A stretch of 64,000 nucleotides of DNA, taken from Mizuhopecten yessoensis. Lineage: Eukaryota. Shown here piece after piece: positions 1-14,204 of the stretch. Under the pieces are notes generated by a model. The model did no database searches, was not told the origin of the DNA, and was given only the letters and a program-made list of their open reading frames with translations. The DNA lies in contig NW_018404852.1 in NCBI RefSeq assembly GCF_002113885.1, positions 60,359 through 124,358 of the forward strand, read 5' to 3'. Each line of letters starts with the position of its first letter. The first letter of the stretch is position 1. The translations under genes were made by a program, and so were the position numbers.

Positions 1-742
1 CATGAGATCACAAACTCAGGTGAGAGTCTGTCTACGATAACATCAAATTCAGGTGAGTGTTTGTCTACCATGACATCAAACTCAGGTGAGAGTTTGTTTA
101 CCATGAGATCACAAACTCAGGTGAGAGTCTGTCTACGATAACATCAAATTCAGGTGAGTGTTTGTCTACCATGACATCAAACTCAGGTGAGAGTTTGTCT
201 ACCATGAGATCACAAACTCAGGTTTGAGTCTGTCTCCCATGTGATCATGAGATCACACTCCAGTGAGAGTTTGTCTACCATGACATCAAACTCATGTTTG
301 AGTCTGTCTACCATGAGATCAAACTCATGTTTGAGTCTGTCTACCATGAGATCACAAGATCAGGTTTGAGTCTGTCTACCATATGAGATCACAAACTCAG
401 GTTTGAGTCTGTCTACCATGAGGTCAAACTCATGTTAGAGTCTGTCTACCATGATATCACAAACTCATGTTAGAGTCTGTCTACCATGAGATCAAACTCT
501 ATTAGAGTCTGTCTACCATGATATCACAAACTCAGGTTAGAGTCTGTCTACCATGAGATCACACTCCAGTGAAAGTCTGTCTACCAAGAGATCACAAACT
601 CAGGTTTGAGTCTGTCTACCCTGAGATAACAAACTCAGGTTTTGAGTCTGTCTACCATGAGATCATGAGATCATGCACTCCAGTGAGAGTCTGTCTACCA
701 TGAGATCACAAACTCAATTGTGACAGTCTACCATGAGATCAA
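1..742. repeat. Minisatellite, 33-35 bp unit (CATGAGATCACAAACTCAGGTTTGAGTCTGTCTAC), truncated by window edge
   Basis: About 20 head-to-tail copies; the first ~200 bp show a 102-bp higher-order period (1 vs 103). Confidence 0.95.
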
Positions 743-1986
743 AAGTGTTATGACAGTACACCAAAATCTACTTATAGCTGCATAATGGACCATAAAAAGT
801 CTAACCGTGAACATGTGGAGTCTACATTGAGAAATTGAGTTGTGAAAATATAGGGGAGCCTAAGATTCTGGCATGAGTTAACATGACCACTTACACACCT
901 TACACAAGATTGATGCCACATCTGAAAGTGTAAAGATGCATGACAGAATCGCGATCTATTTCCCAACTTAAACCGTGGCAATGATTAAAAGGCTAGAGAA
1001 TGCCTTTTTCCTATGTTAGGCCCTTACAGATAGATCCACACACAGGTTTTGCATGACTGCAAGACATTTCATGCTGGCTGTTTCTCCAGAGACGTTTTCT
1101 AATAAATCTTCCTGAATACATTAAAGACATAGATCGAGGCTTACCCAAAGAGAAGAAAATAACCACCTTCATCATTAGAAAGCTATAAACTAGTGTAGTC
1201 CCTGAGAGATATACCCAAGTCAAATGTACATTATTCACCAGCCAAAGCTTGCATTAGCAGGCCGAATGACTGTCCTTTATAACCAATGACGCCAATCGTT
1301 CCCCCAAAAGTCATCACTAGCGACTAAATGATACCTAGCCTATTAATTTCGGCCTTATATCCACTTGGAAACAGAGGGACAGATGGTTAGTGTCCCTGGA
1401 CTCTGGAGTGCCCGACCAACACTGACCAATGATAAATATCCTACTGATAACAACATCTACCAAAGCCAGAAAATGTAGGATCCTCAATGAAAGTAATAAT
1501 AGTTACACCTTAATCTTATCTGTTTTACAAAACAAAAGTATCTTTTCAATACTCTTCAGTGTCTCATTTTTAATGATGCAATGCAGGTTTCTTTGTTTCT
1601 TTGTGCTTTGCACCCTATAGCTATGGTCCTTTAGGATAAGCCAGGTTTTGGTCGTGGAAAAAACAATCAAGAGTACTCTGAGAAAAATCATTGAACTGCG
1701 GCCAGTGCCTGCGACTGCCCCATGTATGCCTAGAACCTTCTGCCCAGTGGTGGAGGGCTAGCTTTAATCATAGAGAGTCACCTTATCAAAAAGACCAATT
1801 TACAGTCTTTATTAAGAGAAGCTTACTTCTTTATTTTTTCTCGTGTAACGACAGATTTGAACCAGTAAAAGAGATAACAATATCTGAAAACTGAACAATC
1901 TGCTGTGTGGATATTATTACAAACTGCAATACAATCTGCTGTACCATGCAGCTATAGCTGTCACTACAAACCACATTATGCTTTAA

Positions 1987-2345
1987 GAGGCACGTTAGTC
2001 TAGTGGTAGGATTCGCCAGGCTCGTGACTGAAGGGTTGCAGGTTCGAGTCACGTCACGGCACTGTCTGTTGTATCCTTGAACAAGATACTCCGCTTGTCC
2101 CAGTCTACTCAGCTGTAAATGAGTATGTGGTTGGGCAGTGCTGGAATTGTTGAATGCTAGCTGTGAGTGCCGAAATGACAGCTCCGACTGTATGCTCCCA
2201 AGGGAGTTGAGAAAGGTATTGGCTGGTTGCAAAAGTCCAGTGAGTGAGTATAACCACGGATAATAATTTGTTAACCGCTTAGAGAAAACCTACAAACTAG
2301 GTTGAGATAAAGCTGTATATAAGAACCTTGAATTGTTATTATTTT
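1987..2345 (+). mobile_element. tRNA-derived SINE, copy 1
   Basis: A-box-like TAGTCTAGTGG, B-box GGTTCGAGTC, conserved body (CCAGTCTACTCAGCTGTAAATGAGTA...GCTCCCAAGGGAGTTGAGA) and (TTA)n tail; homologous copies at 33745-34098 (-) and 49256-49602 (+). Confidence 0.88.
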
Positions 2346-5300
2346 ATTTATAATAATGTTTGTACTTAAGCAGACTCAGGGACAAGGACTGTCCATGGAA
2401 GTGGAGTATATCACAAAAATCAAATTGCTTAAGTTACAGACTACACCATCAGTAAAGCACATACTCAACTACTAATCTACGGCCTGGGGTTCAAATCCTT
2501 GCATTGCAAGCAACCTTTGTGATTTTGGTTACAATTGATCAATTAATTTTGGGAGGCAATTGTAACAGATCTAAGTATTAATGACACTATAGAAATATAC
2601 AGGTCCAATACACATCAGTGTCTCTGTCCGAATGCATTTTTAACCCTGTTTATCAGGCTGAGTAGCCACAGAGCCATGTTGACATTATACACAGACTATC
2701 TCGATCCAGAGCCATGTTTTGACAATACACACAGTCTATCTAGCTACAGAGCCATGTTGACATTATACACAGACTATATCGAAGTTCTAGCTTGTATGAT
2801 ATTAACCCAGACAGACATGGAGCTGAGATTTCCGTGATGTCTCGTGACCCATGGTAGGCACTGAGAACTTGTGTCCTGATATCTGACCTCTAAAGCTAGA
2901 GACCAATATATCAGGCCAGAAGTACACACTGACAGCAGGCCCTGGTGTTACTCTGACTGAGTACTGACCTCCAGTCACTGGTCAATACAGTGACCACAGC
3001 CCTTCAAGTAAAGTCTAGCAAAAGTTGGTGAGCATCCATAAAGGAAACTGGCCAGACATGTGGCTAAGTCACTGACCATTGACCTGTCTTATTTTCTGTG
3101 ATTTATTAGGGTTGCGATGGCTACAGTTGGGTTGTGTCACTATATTGCTGGATGAATGCTTCTCCATCAATCTGGATACTTCTGTCATTCTGTTTCTCTA
3201 ATGATACCAATTTCTGTTTTCATAATCATTCGCGCACATTTTTTAGCTATAATAATATTTATTAAATGTCGTATTTACTTAATGTCAAATTCCTGTGGAC
3301 GAACATCAAACACAAAACGTTGGCCGTTAACAGATCCTCAGAAAAAAAATGTCATGGATCATTGTGTTTCTTGAAAGTCGGTTGAAAATATAAGCCAGGA
3401 ATACATGAACACATTAAATATTCCACAATTCTGTAGCTGCGACCTTGACCTGGAACATATGACCTTCAATTAGTTCAGAGAGATTAATGTCCAAAATACC
3501 TCTGTGAATCTCCATGAAAATTGGCTGAAAGCTTTAGAAGATTCTGCGAATCTAATGTCCCTTCAATGCAGCAATGACCTTGACCTTATATGAATGACCT
3601 AGACTTTCACCTAGACTCCAAATATTGACATCAGATTCATGTAAAGATGTTTTAGCTGCTAGCTGTGACCTTGACCCTAAACATTGACTTTCAACTGTGA
3701 AGCAAAGAAAGATTTATATCAGAAACACATGTGCGATACTTCATGAAATTTGTTAGAAAACTTTCTTCAGGATGTTGCTGACAATCCTGATGATGACAGA
3801 TGGGTGAATGGAAACAGACAAACAGAAAGACAGACATCGGTCACTCCCAAAAAAGGAAAACATTCAAAATTCTTTGGCTTTTTAAAAAAAACAACACTAT
3901 TAAATGGAAACTCCAGGAAGATTAAGACATAACCGTTCACTTTACATCCATATAAAGACCCATGACCCCATGATGTGGTCTGTAATGCGAATTTAGTAAG
4001 TGTTCTCATTATACTATTGAACTGTCTTGTAGGTCATTATTCTGTAAAATAGATTACTATCCATCTGACATGAAATTTAAGTGTTAGTATTTATGACCAG
4101 AAATAACATTCTTTTTAAAGCAACAAGGCAAAGCATTGTGAGCAATACATAACGGGACAAATTCTGCGATCAGAAAAGGTGAAACGCGACTTCAGTATGC
4201 AACGCTTCATCATCCCAACTCATATACTCGCATTCGAAATTTGACAATTTTAGGTCAAGGAATTAGGGATACCCCAGAAACTTAGACACTCACTTGAGTG
4301 CAAACCCTTTGTCCCCTCTGGTGGTACAGATAAGGTACTAATGTTCATTAGTGAAAAAATGTTGGAAATAAATAATTAAACAAGGCCATGTTGAATCCCA
4401 AGCCATTCCCAGGTTACATGTTCCACCATTATATACAAACACATGTTGATTATATCTTTTCTATTATATGAAAATGTAATTGAATGTGCTTTTGTGCCTT
4501 TAAGGCAATGTGATCTAGATAATCTTGTTATTTAAATTAGACTGTTTCAGTTAATGGATTAGAAATATTTTTTCTATATGTTTTAGGATATGTGATCGTG
4601 ACCTTTGCCCTTTTGAGCAAAAAACAACTCCAAACAAAGTTCTTTTGGTAAGAAAATTAATCCATGTATGGAATAAAAGCTTAATTGACTCAGAGACACT
4701 ATACACTCAGCTTCTCATGTACCCGTAGTTTTTGTCACTAAATGTCACGAATTTGTGAACGAACACTTGCCCCTTTTTAAGATTTTATGTGTCAACACTG
4801 TTAATGAATGAGAAATAAATGGTAGAGTTTGACATGTATCACCTCTATCCATGATGCGTCAGGGGCCCTTGTTTCAGCACACCCCATCACCACAAAACTT
4901 CCCACCAATGTCCCTAAACCTGAACTAAATATCAATTTCTGAGACTAATTAAAACTTGGTGAATCAACTTGAAAAGTGAGCTTAGGGGTGAAAGTCCTAT
5001 CTGATGCTATATATTACTATCTAAGTCAATCAATAGACAGACAGGAAAATAATGAAATAAAGTGGGAACCTGTAAGTTGCAGTCATATGGACACATTAAA
5101 TACAACATCAAAGAGAATTCTAAATCATATTTCACAAACCTATCACTCTACATTGTATATAATTGTATTACAGTACTTCGCTTTGTTTTTGTATCTTCCC
5201 CTACCAACCCTGTGACAAAGATCTCGCTCCAGTCTATTTTGAGTTCCAATCTAATTTAGAGATGAGCAATATACATCTCTCACAACAGACTCAAAAAGTA

Positions 5301-5394
5301 TAATCTGCAAAAATGAAAGTTTAGAAGTCACTTTAATACAAATTCATGATTACTATATTACATTTTGTATAATATAATATTAATACCAGACCTA

Positions 5395-6610
5395 GAGGGT
5401 GCTCCCATCACCTGATGTAGCTGTTTTGTACTAGACTCTGCCCTATCACCTGATGGAGCTGGTTTGTACAAGAGTCTGCCCTATCACCTGTTGAAGCTGT
5501 TTTGTACTAGAGTCTGCCCTATTCCCTGATGTAACTGTTTTGTATTAGAGTTTGCCCTATTACCTGATGTAACTGTTTTGTACTAGAGTCTGCCCTATTC
5601 CCTGATGTAACTGTTTTGTATTAGAGTTTGCCCTATTACCTGATGTAACTGTGTTGTACTAGAGTTTGCCCTATTACCTGATGTAGCAATTTTGTACTAG
5701 AGTCTGCCCTATCGCCTGATGTAACTGTTTTGTACTAGAGTCTGCCCTATCGCCTGAGGTAGCTGTTTTGTACTAGACTCTGCCCTATCACCTGATGACG
5801 CTGTTTTGTACTAGAGTCTGCCCTATCACCTGATGTAGCTGTTTTGTACAAGAGTCTGCCCTATCACCTGATGAAGCTGTTTTGTACTAGAGTCTGCCCT
5901 ATTACATGATGTAGCTGTTTTGTACTAGAGTCTGCCCTATCACCTGAGGTAGCTGTTTTGTACTAGAGTCTGCCCTATTACCTGATGTAGCTGTTTTGTA
6001 CCAGATTCTGCCCTATACCCTGATGTAGCTGTTTTGTACTAGAGTCTGCCCTATTACCTGATGTAACTGTTATGTACTCGAGTCTGCCCTATTACCTGAT
6101 GTAGCAATTTTGTACTAGAGTCTGCCCTATCACCTGATGTAACTGTTTTGGACTAGAGTCTGCCCTATTACCTGATGTTACTGTTTTGTACTAAAGTTTG
6201 CCTTATTACCTGATGTAACTGTTTTGTACTAGAGTCGGCCCTATCGCCTGATGTAACTGTTTTGTACTAGAGTCGGCCCTATCGCCTGATGTAACTGTTT
6301 TGTACTAGAGTTTGCCCTATTACCTGATGTAGATGTTTTGTACTAGAGTCTGCCCTATCACCTGATGTAGCTGTTTTGTACTAGAGTGTGCCCTATCGCC
6401 TGATGTAACTGTTTTGTACATGAGTCTGCCCTATTACCTGATGTAACTGTTTTGTACATGAGTCTGCCCTATTACCTGATGTAACTGTTTTGTACATGAG
6501 TCTGCCCTATTACCTGATGTAACTGTTTTGTACTAGAGTCTGCCCTATTACCTGATGTAACTGTTTTGTACTAGAGTCTGCCCTATTACCTGATGTTACT
6601 GTTTTGTACC
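5395..6610. repeat. Minisatellite, 38-bp unit (CCTGATGTAACTGTTTTGTACTAGAGTCTGCCCTATTA), ~32 copies
   Basis: 38-bp periodicity seen directly (e.g. 6551 and 6589); no unique spacers. Confidence 0.97.
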
Positions 6611-7788
6611 ATGTGTCATCAGTTAAATGATGTAATGTATTTCAACACTTCAAGTCGAACTTAACCAACGTAAATGCCAGGGATGACTTCATAACAAGTG
6701 CAACCTCTTACCCCACAATTCCAAAAGAATTTCTCCATTTTTCCATGGAGAAAAAGGGTCATTATAACCATCTTTTAGATTTATTGCAATGGACCAGTAT
6801 TAACTTTATTTATAAAAGATGTTCACAGATAAAGCAATTAGGTCAAAACCCTAAAATTTTGGAAGCACCATGCAAAACACAATACTGCGATAAATAACAT
6901 GGAGCTTTCATCTTTTGGCCACCACACAGTTCATACTTCACAAAAATAGCAAACATTTCTTCAAAGATACTCAGCATAAACCACATACACATTTGCACTA
7001 AACAGATTTGTCTCGGACACAAAATGCCATTACCTGACTGATCAGGGGACTATAGGACAAAAATCTGAACCATTACCAAGACTGTGGGGACGGTGGTGTC
7101 CCTAGTGACCTGCCAGGCCTGCTACTAGACTGTGACCTTGACCTCTGGTTCACCATGGACTCGGAGAGGGCAGAGACATTGGATTACATCACTGTCAGAT
7201 TATGTCACCACCACATCGAATTAGCACTACATCTCGGATACCTAGTAGCTAGGGACATCCTACGCCTTCTACGTTGGGCGTCAAACGTCGTGTGACGAAG
7301 TAGGGGCACTAATGCAGACTGACACCTACAGCCAAGTCTCCGTCTTTAAAACTACTGACCTTGACAAGGTCGCAACACTATTGACGGCGGGCCATGCCAA
7401 TATTAGCTGATTATTAGAGGCAAGAAGACCTGGTGGGGACTATAGCTAGTATGGAGCTGTGGCCATCTATTGATGTGCCTTAACTTATGTTCGTCAATAG
7501 CACAACAATCACTGCAAAAAAACTCAACACACAGACTACACACAAAGCAATATAATACAATACTGAGAACTTTAAATCACTTTCCTAGTGTCAAGCAATG
7601 AATATCACAACTCTTTAGGTTCTTCAGAAGAAAATGTAGGAGCATTTTATCATTTATAATATGTCCCATTTGACCTAAAAGAAACATGAGGCAATTTTTG
7701 CAGCCTGCCAGCATTAAGTTACAATCCAAGTACCTGTGTAACACTACACCTGTTTTGGAGGATGTTACAGCATTGGTATTGGTATTAA

Positions 7789-8438
7789 AGGGGCTGGTCA
7801 GGGAAAAAATGTCATTTTTGCTAAAATGGCATACACATGTTTAAAATACCTTCTTATGAAATATACCGATTCAAATTTTGCTAAAATTCACTCCATAAGA
7901 GTAAAAATTATAATCATATTAAAGAAATCCTAAATCGTCACCTGACAGTCTAAAACTCTCATTTGACCCAGATCAGTGATGTAATTTTACCGCAAGCGCG
8001 TCATCAACAAGGCCAAATGTAAACATTGCGGTGAAAGAAAAAGATGCATGAAAAAGTCATGACAGGCACGAGGTATCAATACCGTTATATATAACAACAA
8101 CATATAGGTAGGAATACTACACTTGCATCATACATGATGATACCTCTGAAAACAATTATTTACGTATAGTATTGCTGTCTTGTCCGCTAGTTGCATCCAA
8201 CATGGCACATGACGGCGTGCTATTGTTGTTATCTTCACTGCCTCACTTTCGAAACAACCACATGACATATATAATAGATCTGCGCTAAATTTACGCGGGG
8301 CTTCCCCGAGATTTCAGTGGTCAAAACTGGACATTGCAAGCAGAACTTGACCATCATATTACCGTGGTATAACTTTTGGAAGGCCAGAGAATGAATTAAG
8401 GCCCATTTATTTTGTATTTTTTTCCCCGACCAGCCCCT
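7789..8438. mobile_element. Non-autonomous DNA transposon (MITE), Kolobok-like
   Basis: TIRs AGGGGCTGGTCAGGGAAAAAAT / ATTTTTTTCCCCGACCAGCCCCT, flanked by TTAA on both sides (7785-7788, 8439-8442). TTAA TSD with purine-purine termini is typical of Kolobok. Confidence 0.8.
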
Positions 8439-9898
8439 TTAAACATTTAAAGCAAAATTCCCCCCTGTGACCTTGTTTGTCGATAGATTTTGTTTTCCAT
8501 CTCAAACTTTATACTAAGGAACTAAACATATTCAGGGGACACTTTTCCATAAAGGGCAATAAGCCCAAAAATTACAGATTGGATAATGGCAATTTTCAAA
8601 GTAGTTCTATCTTTCATGGAATGTTAGAATCTAATTTGTATAATTGTTACTCGAGATCTTGAGCGGACAATGTGCGGTCCCTTGCTGGCTCACATTTCAA
8701 CATAATATGTCCCGTCTTTCAACCGACTTATACAAATATTCTTTCAAAAATACAAGTTCACAATTACCTACAGACTGAAGACATATTAAACAAGTCTACT
8801 ACTATCAGCAGACAAAACTGTAAGCAATACATATATATATATGTCTTAATTCACCTTCAGACTAAAGAGTAGAAAAAAATGCATATATATATGCAAAACA
8901 AACATCATATTCTGAATTAGGATTTACTGATAACAAAATACATGTGTACAAAAGCTACACGCATGGTGATTGATGACGTGTTTTATAAATTACAGAAAAC
9001 TAAATATATCATCATATAAACAATTTTAGAATCAAAGGAAAGTAAGAAAGAATCCCAGGAAACATCTATCAGACATTTTTACGGGAGTGCTTTCTTCCCG
9101 ATTTACCATTTGATTTACCTACCGCGCACCCACAGCCTACACATGTACGTATCGAGAAGCAGTAAACGACTTCCCCTGTCAGCACCAGTAGGTCATTTCT
9201 CATTGTAAAGCCGACTTGCTGTGAAATATTTCTGCATTATTGTGACTGAAACTTTACATAAATCAACAAGTTTTCTAATTTTATGTCCAATTACATCACC
9301 AAGAGAACAGGAATATTAACAAACACATAAACAACGTGATAGATCTTTTTTAATATTCTGTATCAAGATAAATCGCTGAACATTTTTCTTCAAATCACCT
9401 TGAGCTTATTATACTGTTTTCAAGAATATTTATTGGACAGAATAAATATTTGTTCCAGAAATGATAAATAAAGTGATCCATTACATGAATATTGATTCGA
9501 ATATGAAATTTAATGACCAATAACAAAACTCACGTTCTGACACCCCTGGAATCATGGGAGTCTACCCCAGTTTCAGTAAATTCTGTATTGCTAAAATAGC
9601 ATGAAATTAAACACACAATAATAAAATGACACAATAGCATTTACATGGTTTATCTTATTGCAGGGGAAAACTTCCCCACAACCAAAGACATTTGCATTAT
9701 TTTTTTTTTATGAAAAAGTAATTCTCACACATCCCTTGTCACAAGATTATATATATTTTACATAACATTTTAGTTTCAGAGTAAGTGCAAGTAAAGTACC
9801 TGAAAGTAGAAACTGTAACAGCCCGCTGTATACTCATGATATATTCAGCTGACTGGGCAAGTTAAAAAGTTTTCAATTGAGATTTTTTTTTAAATATT

Positions 9899-10296
9899 TA
9901 CGATATGTATTTCCGTGTTTCGGTTCGGTTCGGTTATTAGTATTACCTGACTTCTGGAATTTAACCATCATGTGTAATGTAAAATTTGATTGGCTCGCAT
10001 GATAAAAGCTGTGCAATAGCTGTTGCTGTTACAAATTTTGCATAAACAAGCATGCAACATGGCAGAGTTTCAATTAAAAAACCCTCCCGCTTCCTTTCGC
10101 TCGCCTGTTTGGCAGCATTTTCGATTCCGGCTATATGTCCCCGATGGAAAATCAACAGGGAACACAACAAACATGGCAAGACATTTGAAGAGGAAGCATA
10201 ATTTCGTCATCCTGTATCGTATCAAAATAAATTGTATCGTGGGTAGATATCGTGATACGTATGTTATCATGGCATAGGTGTATCGTTACAGCCCTA
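9899..10296 (+). mobile_element. Internally deleted hAT element retaining a decayed BED zinc-finger fragment
   Basis: ORF segment MAEFQLKNPPASFRSPVWQHF...GNTTNMARHLKRKH resembles BED-finger ends of hAT/ZBED transposases but lacks the CxxC; right end has GTATCGT repeats and GTATCGTTACAGCCCTA; (CGGTT)n near the left end. Confidence 0.7.
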
Positions 10297-10599
10297 CTGT
10301 CTACTATATTAAATAAAGCACTTATATCTATATTGCATTTCAATTTGATGATTTCGCTCACAAATGAGATTATTTTGCCATTAACATGCATAGATCATGC
10401 AAGCATTTTTTGCTTACATAAGCAGACATGACCATTTTTTGTTAATGCAAGCTTATGTGCATGAGCATCAAAAAATGCACACAAGAGCTTGTGTCAGCAA
10501 AATCCTGTTAAGTTCTCACATGACTGGCTTATGAGCAAATTGTAAGAAGAATTTGGTGAGGGGTATCAACAGAACTCAAGTCTTGCACTGAAGTAAGAG

Positions 10600-10953
10600 A
10601 TAATACACTTCAAAAAACTTTGAAACTCTGAAATGGTGTGCGTTTTTGGAGGAAACGGAGATCATGTCCGCTGAAGGACAATACATTTTACATGCATATA
10701 AAAGTTTTTTAAAAGCATAATTATCCATTTTTCCAATGGTACTGAGCATTTTTCCATAAATCAACTAGAAATGTTGTTTTTGATGCGGGAAAGTTAGGTG
10801 GGGTCGACTTTTCAACGACAGCTTTCCACCCTTCTCACATATATAATCATTATATTTCTGAAAGTCTATCTTAACTCCTAAAACATGTAAAAATACTCTG
10901 AACACCTTAGTTTAGGTCTAAATATAGCTGTAACAAATTCTCAGGTCCCTGTG
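10600..10953. mobile_element. Dispersed DNA-transposon fragment ending ...AAATTCTCAGGTCCCTGTG
   Basis: Homologous to 12040-12317, 53700-53745 and (reverse complement) 45134 onward; all share a CACAGGGAC terminus. Confidence 0.65.
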
Positions 10954-11077
10954 AGGTAAATGATCCAAGGTCGACTGGCCACAACCACTGAAGGCAAAGA
11001 GAGACAACTCTTACATGTAACAGTACTGGAAGGCAACATATACAAACAATATTGATTCTTGTTGCCTGTATATATAA

Positions 11078-11930
11078 ACACAAGAGATCCTAGGAGGATC
11101 TTGGTTGTCCACCAACAAAGGAGCTTTATCAGATCTACAAAAGATAATCTTTTACCTTCTTTGCTTTTTAATTTTCTTACACGGAATCTTGTATGTTAAC
11201 TTAAACCTCAGATTGCATTTGTTATTTGCCACTTTGACAAATGTTATTGTATAAGAATTGCACAACCACATGCAAAATGCCAAAAACTTTGTACTTTTTA
11301 CATAATTGCTGTCAATGAAGGATGAATTCTCATTAAGGCCAGGGGTATTTTTAACAAGGGGACCAAGGGGAACATGCATATAAAATAGCGATATCAAAAT
11401 TGAAGTGTCAAAATTCAAGATAGCTGTCTGGTGGCCATCTTGAATATCTTACAAGCCCCAAATTCAATATGCATAACGATGGGCGATGAGGAACCCTCTT
11501 GTGAAATTTGAGAAAGATCCCTCAAGTGCTATCTGAGAAATAGTGCTATTTAAACTTTAAACTATACAAATTCAAAAAAGCCAATTTTCAGCCATCTTGG
11601 TTTTTTGATCAGTCTCAAGATAACAAATGTATTACCAGGGACCATGAAGAACATTCATGTGAAATTTGAGAAAGATCCATGGAACACTTTCTGAGATATA
11701 GCACTAACATCTTTAATTCTCAAAATTCAAGATGGCCACCTGTCAGCCATATTGGTTTTCTGATCAGTCTCAAATTTTGACAGGCATAGCTAATCACTAT
11801 TGGGTATTCATGTGTTATTTGAGAAAAAATTCTCCACAACTCGCCAAGAAATGCGATTACAAAATACTTAAAATTCAAGATGGCAGTCTTGTCAGCCTTT
11901 TTCGTTTCCCGATCTGTCCAAGAATTTGAT
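11078..11930. mobile_element. Degenerate Helentron/HINE-like non-autonomous element with internal tandem repeats
   Basis: Starts ACAAGAG plus short palindrome; recurring motifs AAAATTCAAGATGGC...GCCATCTTG and GAAATTTGAGAAAGATCC. Confidence 0.55.
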
Positions 11931-12039
11931 ATGCCTCACGTCTCACTGGCTTGTAATGATATGTAGGTAAATCTATATATAAGACCGTTTGGTATTTGCC
12001 AGAATGTGACATTTACCTCAAGATTATTGAAAAAGTGTT

Positions 12040-12317
12040 TCTATGACTACAAAAAACTTTGAAAGAACGAAATGGCCTGTGATATCAAAGGAACAAATAC
12101 ATACTCCATGCATATAGGAGGTTTCCAATAGAAAATATAATCCATCTTTCCAATTGTATTAAGTTTTTTTGTACATCAACAAAAAATGTTGTCAATTTTT
12201 CGACATCAACAGCTTTCTCCCTTTTAGTATATCTGAACCCTTGAAACGTGTGAAATTACTCAAAACACCTTAGTTTAGGTCCAGATATATAGCTTTAACA
12301 AATGTCAGGTCCCTGTG
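12040..12317. mobile_element. Second copy of the ...CAGGTCCCTGTG-terminated element
   Basis: Aligns by eye with 10600-10953 over ~280 bp. Confidence 0.65.
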
Positions 12318-12594
12318 GGTTGGATCCAGAATTAGGGTTATTTAGGGAAGAGAAATGGTGGGGTTCAAGGGGTGTGATCGAGGTGGGAGTTCAGGGGTTC
12401 GACATGGGGAAATTTTGCAGAAAATCTTCATCCGTCAACATCAGAAAATAAAGAGAAGGTTTTGGGACGAAACAAAAATCTAAAACAGAAGTTTATCCAC
12501 CTGTGAATTATATGTGCAAAGTAAGACCTTTAGTAGGAAATAAAGATATTCTTTTGTGTCAATAAGAAGCGCAACATTCCACGGACAGGCCGTG

Positions 12595-12692
12595 CACAAG
12601 GGCTTGTATAGACTTATATGATAAAATTAGCTATATATTAGTATTTCTTGCTAATGTTTATGTTATAATATAAGTCTATACAAGTCCCTGTG
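12595..12692. mobile_element. 98-bp MITE, CAC...GTG termini, 7-bp TSD (P-element-like)
   Basis: 25-bp TIR CACAAGGGCTTGTATAGACTTATAT / ATATAAGTCTATACAAGTCCCTGTG; flanks GGCCGTG / GACCGTG. Confidence 0.75.
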
Positions 12693-14140
12693 GACCGTGC
12701 GTATACACCGGTAAACGCTTACAAATAGTCCGACCCTATGCATCAAAATGTTACACACGCCTAGGCATAAAGATGCAAGTCTACTTGACTATTCCGATCG
12801 TTTTAGAACTGACAAATTGAGAAATATTAGTGACTTACCGTTATTCACACCTCAAGCTTTTTCTCTCCGTCTCCATGTTTTCACGTGCTGCAGTGTTTTG
12901 CAACTTACATCACACACCAGGTGGCGTTGCATGCAATTGTAAGCGCGGCATATTCAAACCGTTTATTCTACAGACAGGTGAACTGGTCAGAAGTTATTTG
13001 CCAATATCATTTTCACAATGAGTGTCGTATTTGGTTTTTTTAATTAATATACCGTGCCATTCGTTTACTATGTGTGTCACATTATTATTTACACAAACAA
13101 TTTACATTTATCTTTCTTTTGTCTTTAAATTATTGCTTGCTTGTTATGTTTATTTACGATGAGTGTGTAACCAATATGCAATATCCCTCAATAGTCTATT
13201 TGATACATAACAAAATGTGCAAGCGCGTAGCTGCTGTGCAAGCAAATAAGCAGTTACATGCACATCAACACTTCCAAAATGAGCAGACATGCTCGATGAT
13301 ATTGTAAGTATCAGTGATGTTGTTCAGCAATCAATTTCATGAACCGTCTACTCCGTCTTTTCTTTTATAAAATCACAATACTTAAGTTACTTTTTGTCAT
13401 ATCAATAACCATTCTTTTTGGTTTCGGAAATTCTGAAAGAAAAGGAAAGAGGAAAGATTTCGAATTAATATGAGAATCAATATTGCTCTCAAAAACCACC
13501 AGATATCACAACAGGGTCTTAATAATCTTTTTTTTTAAGATGGCTAGATAATAAAGTTAATTTGCACATAGTTTACAGTCAAGCTACGCGCCTGCATAAT
13601 ATGGGCCGGGTACACATTAAAATACATTGTATTACTTGTCTACTGAAATTTACATTCCAATTGATAATAGGAGTCTCTCGATACTATTGATATAGAACTC
13701 TCGTAACTTTGCATTTATTTGGATGAATGTTTCTTTCACCTTAACTTATTTTTGATTTCTTGATATTTGTTATTCTTGATTTGAATATAATCAAAAATAC
13801 ACCAATCGCAAGAGTGACATTTTATCCATTTTAGTCGAAAGTAAAAACTGAAAATGCCAAACGTTCTGAAAATCTTGCTCCTGTGAAGGTTGTTCGGTTT
13901 CCATTTCCAGTGTGGTATATAAATGTTAAAGTGCTAAATGGGTTGGGTTGTTTTTTACTGAAAACACTCTTTCTCTACTTCTTTCAATGCACGCACACAC
14001 GATTGAGTTCTAGATCTGTACTAGTTAGTTATAAAGAGGTCAGTTTTCAAAGCAAAGGACAGAGGATGTTGACCAGTGAAGTTCATCAAAATATTATCAA
14101 ATGTGATGCTATAGCAGTTATGTTACTGACATCATTGGGC

Positions 14141-14204
14141 TGGGCTAATCGGGAACCGTCGGCACTTTTTCTCGTTTTCGGAAAGTGCCGACGGTTCCCG
14201 TTTA
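14141..14204. mobile_element. 64-bp hairpin insertion flanked by a 10-bp direct repeat
   Basis: Perfect 19-bp inverted repeat CGGGAACCGTCGGCACTTT / AAAGTGCCGACGGTTCCCG; ATCATTGGGC at 14131-14140 and 14205-14214. Confidence 0.7.

Noticed and set aside
5395-6610. CRISPR-like array
   Set aside because: Units are contiguous with no unique spacers, context is eukaryotic and there are no cas genes; the same applies to the other arrays.
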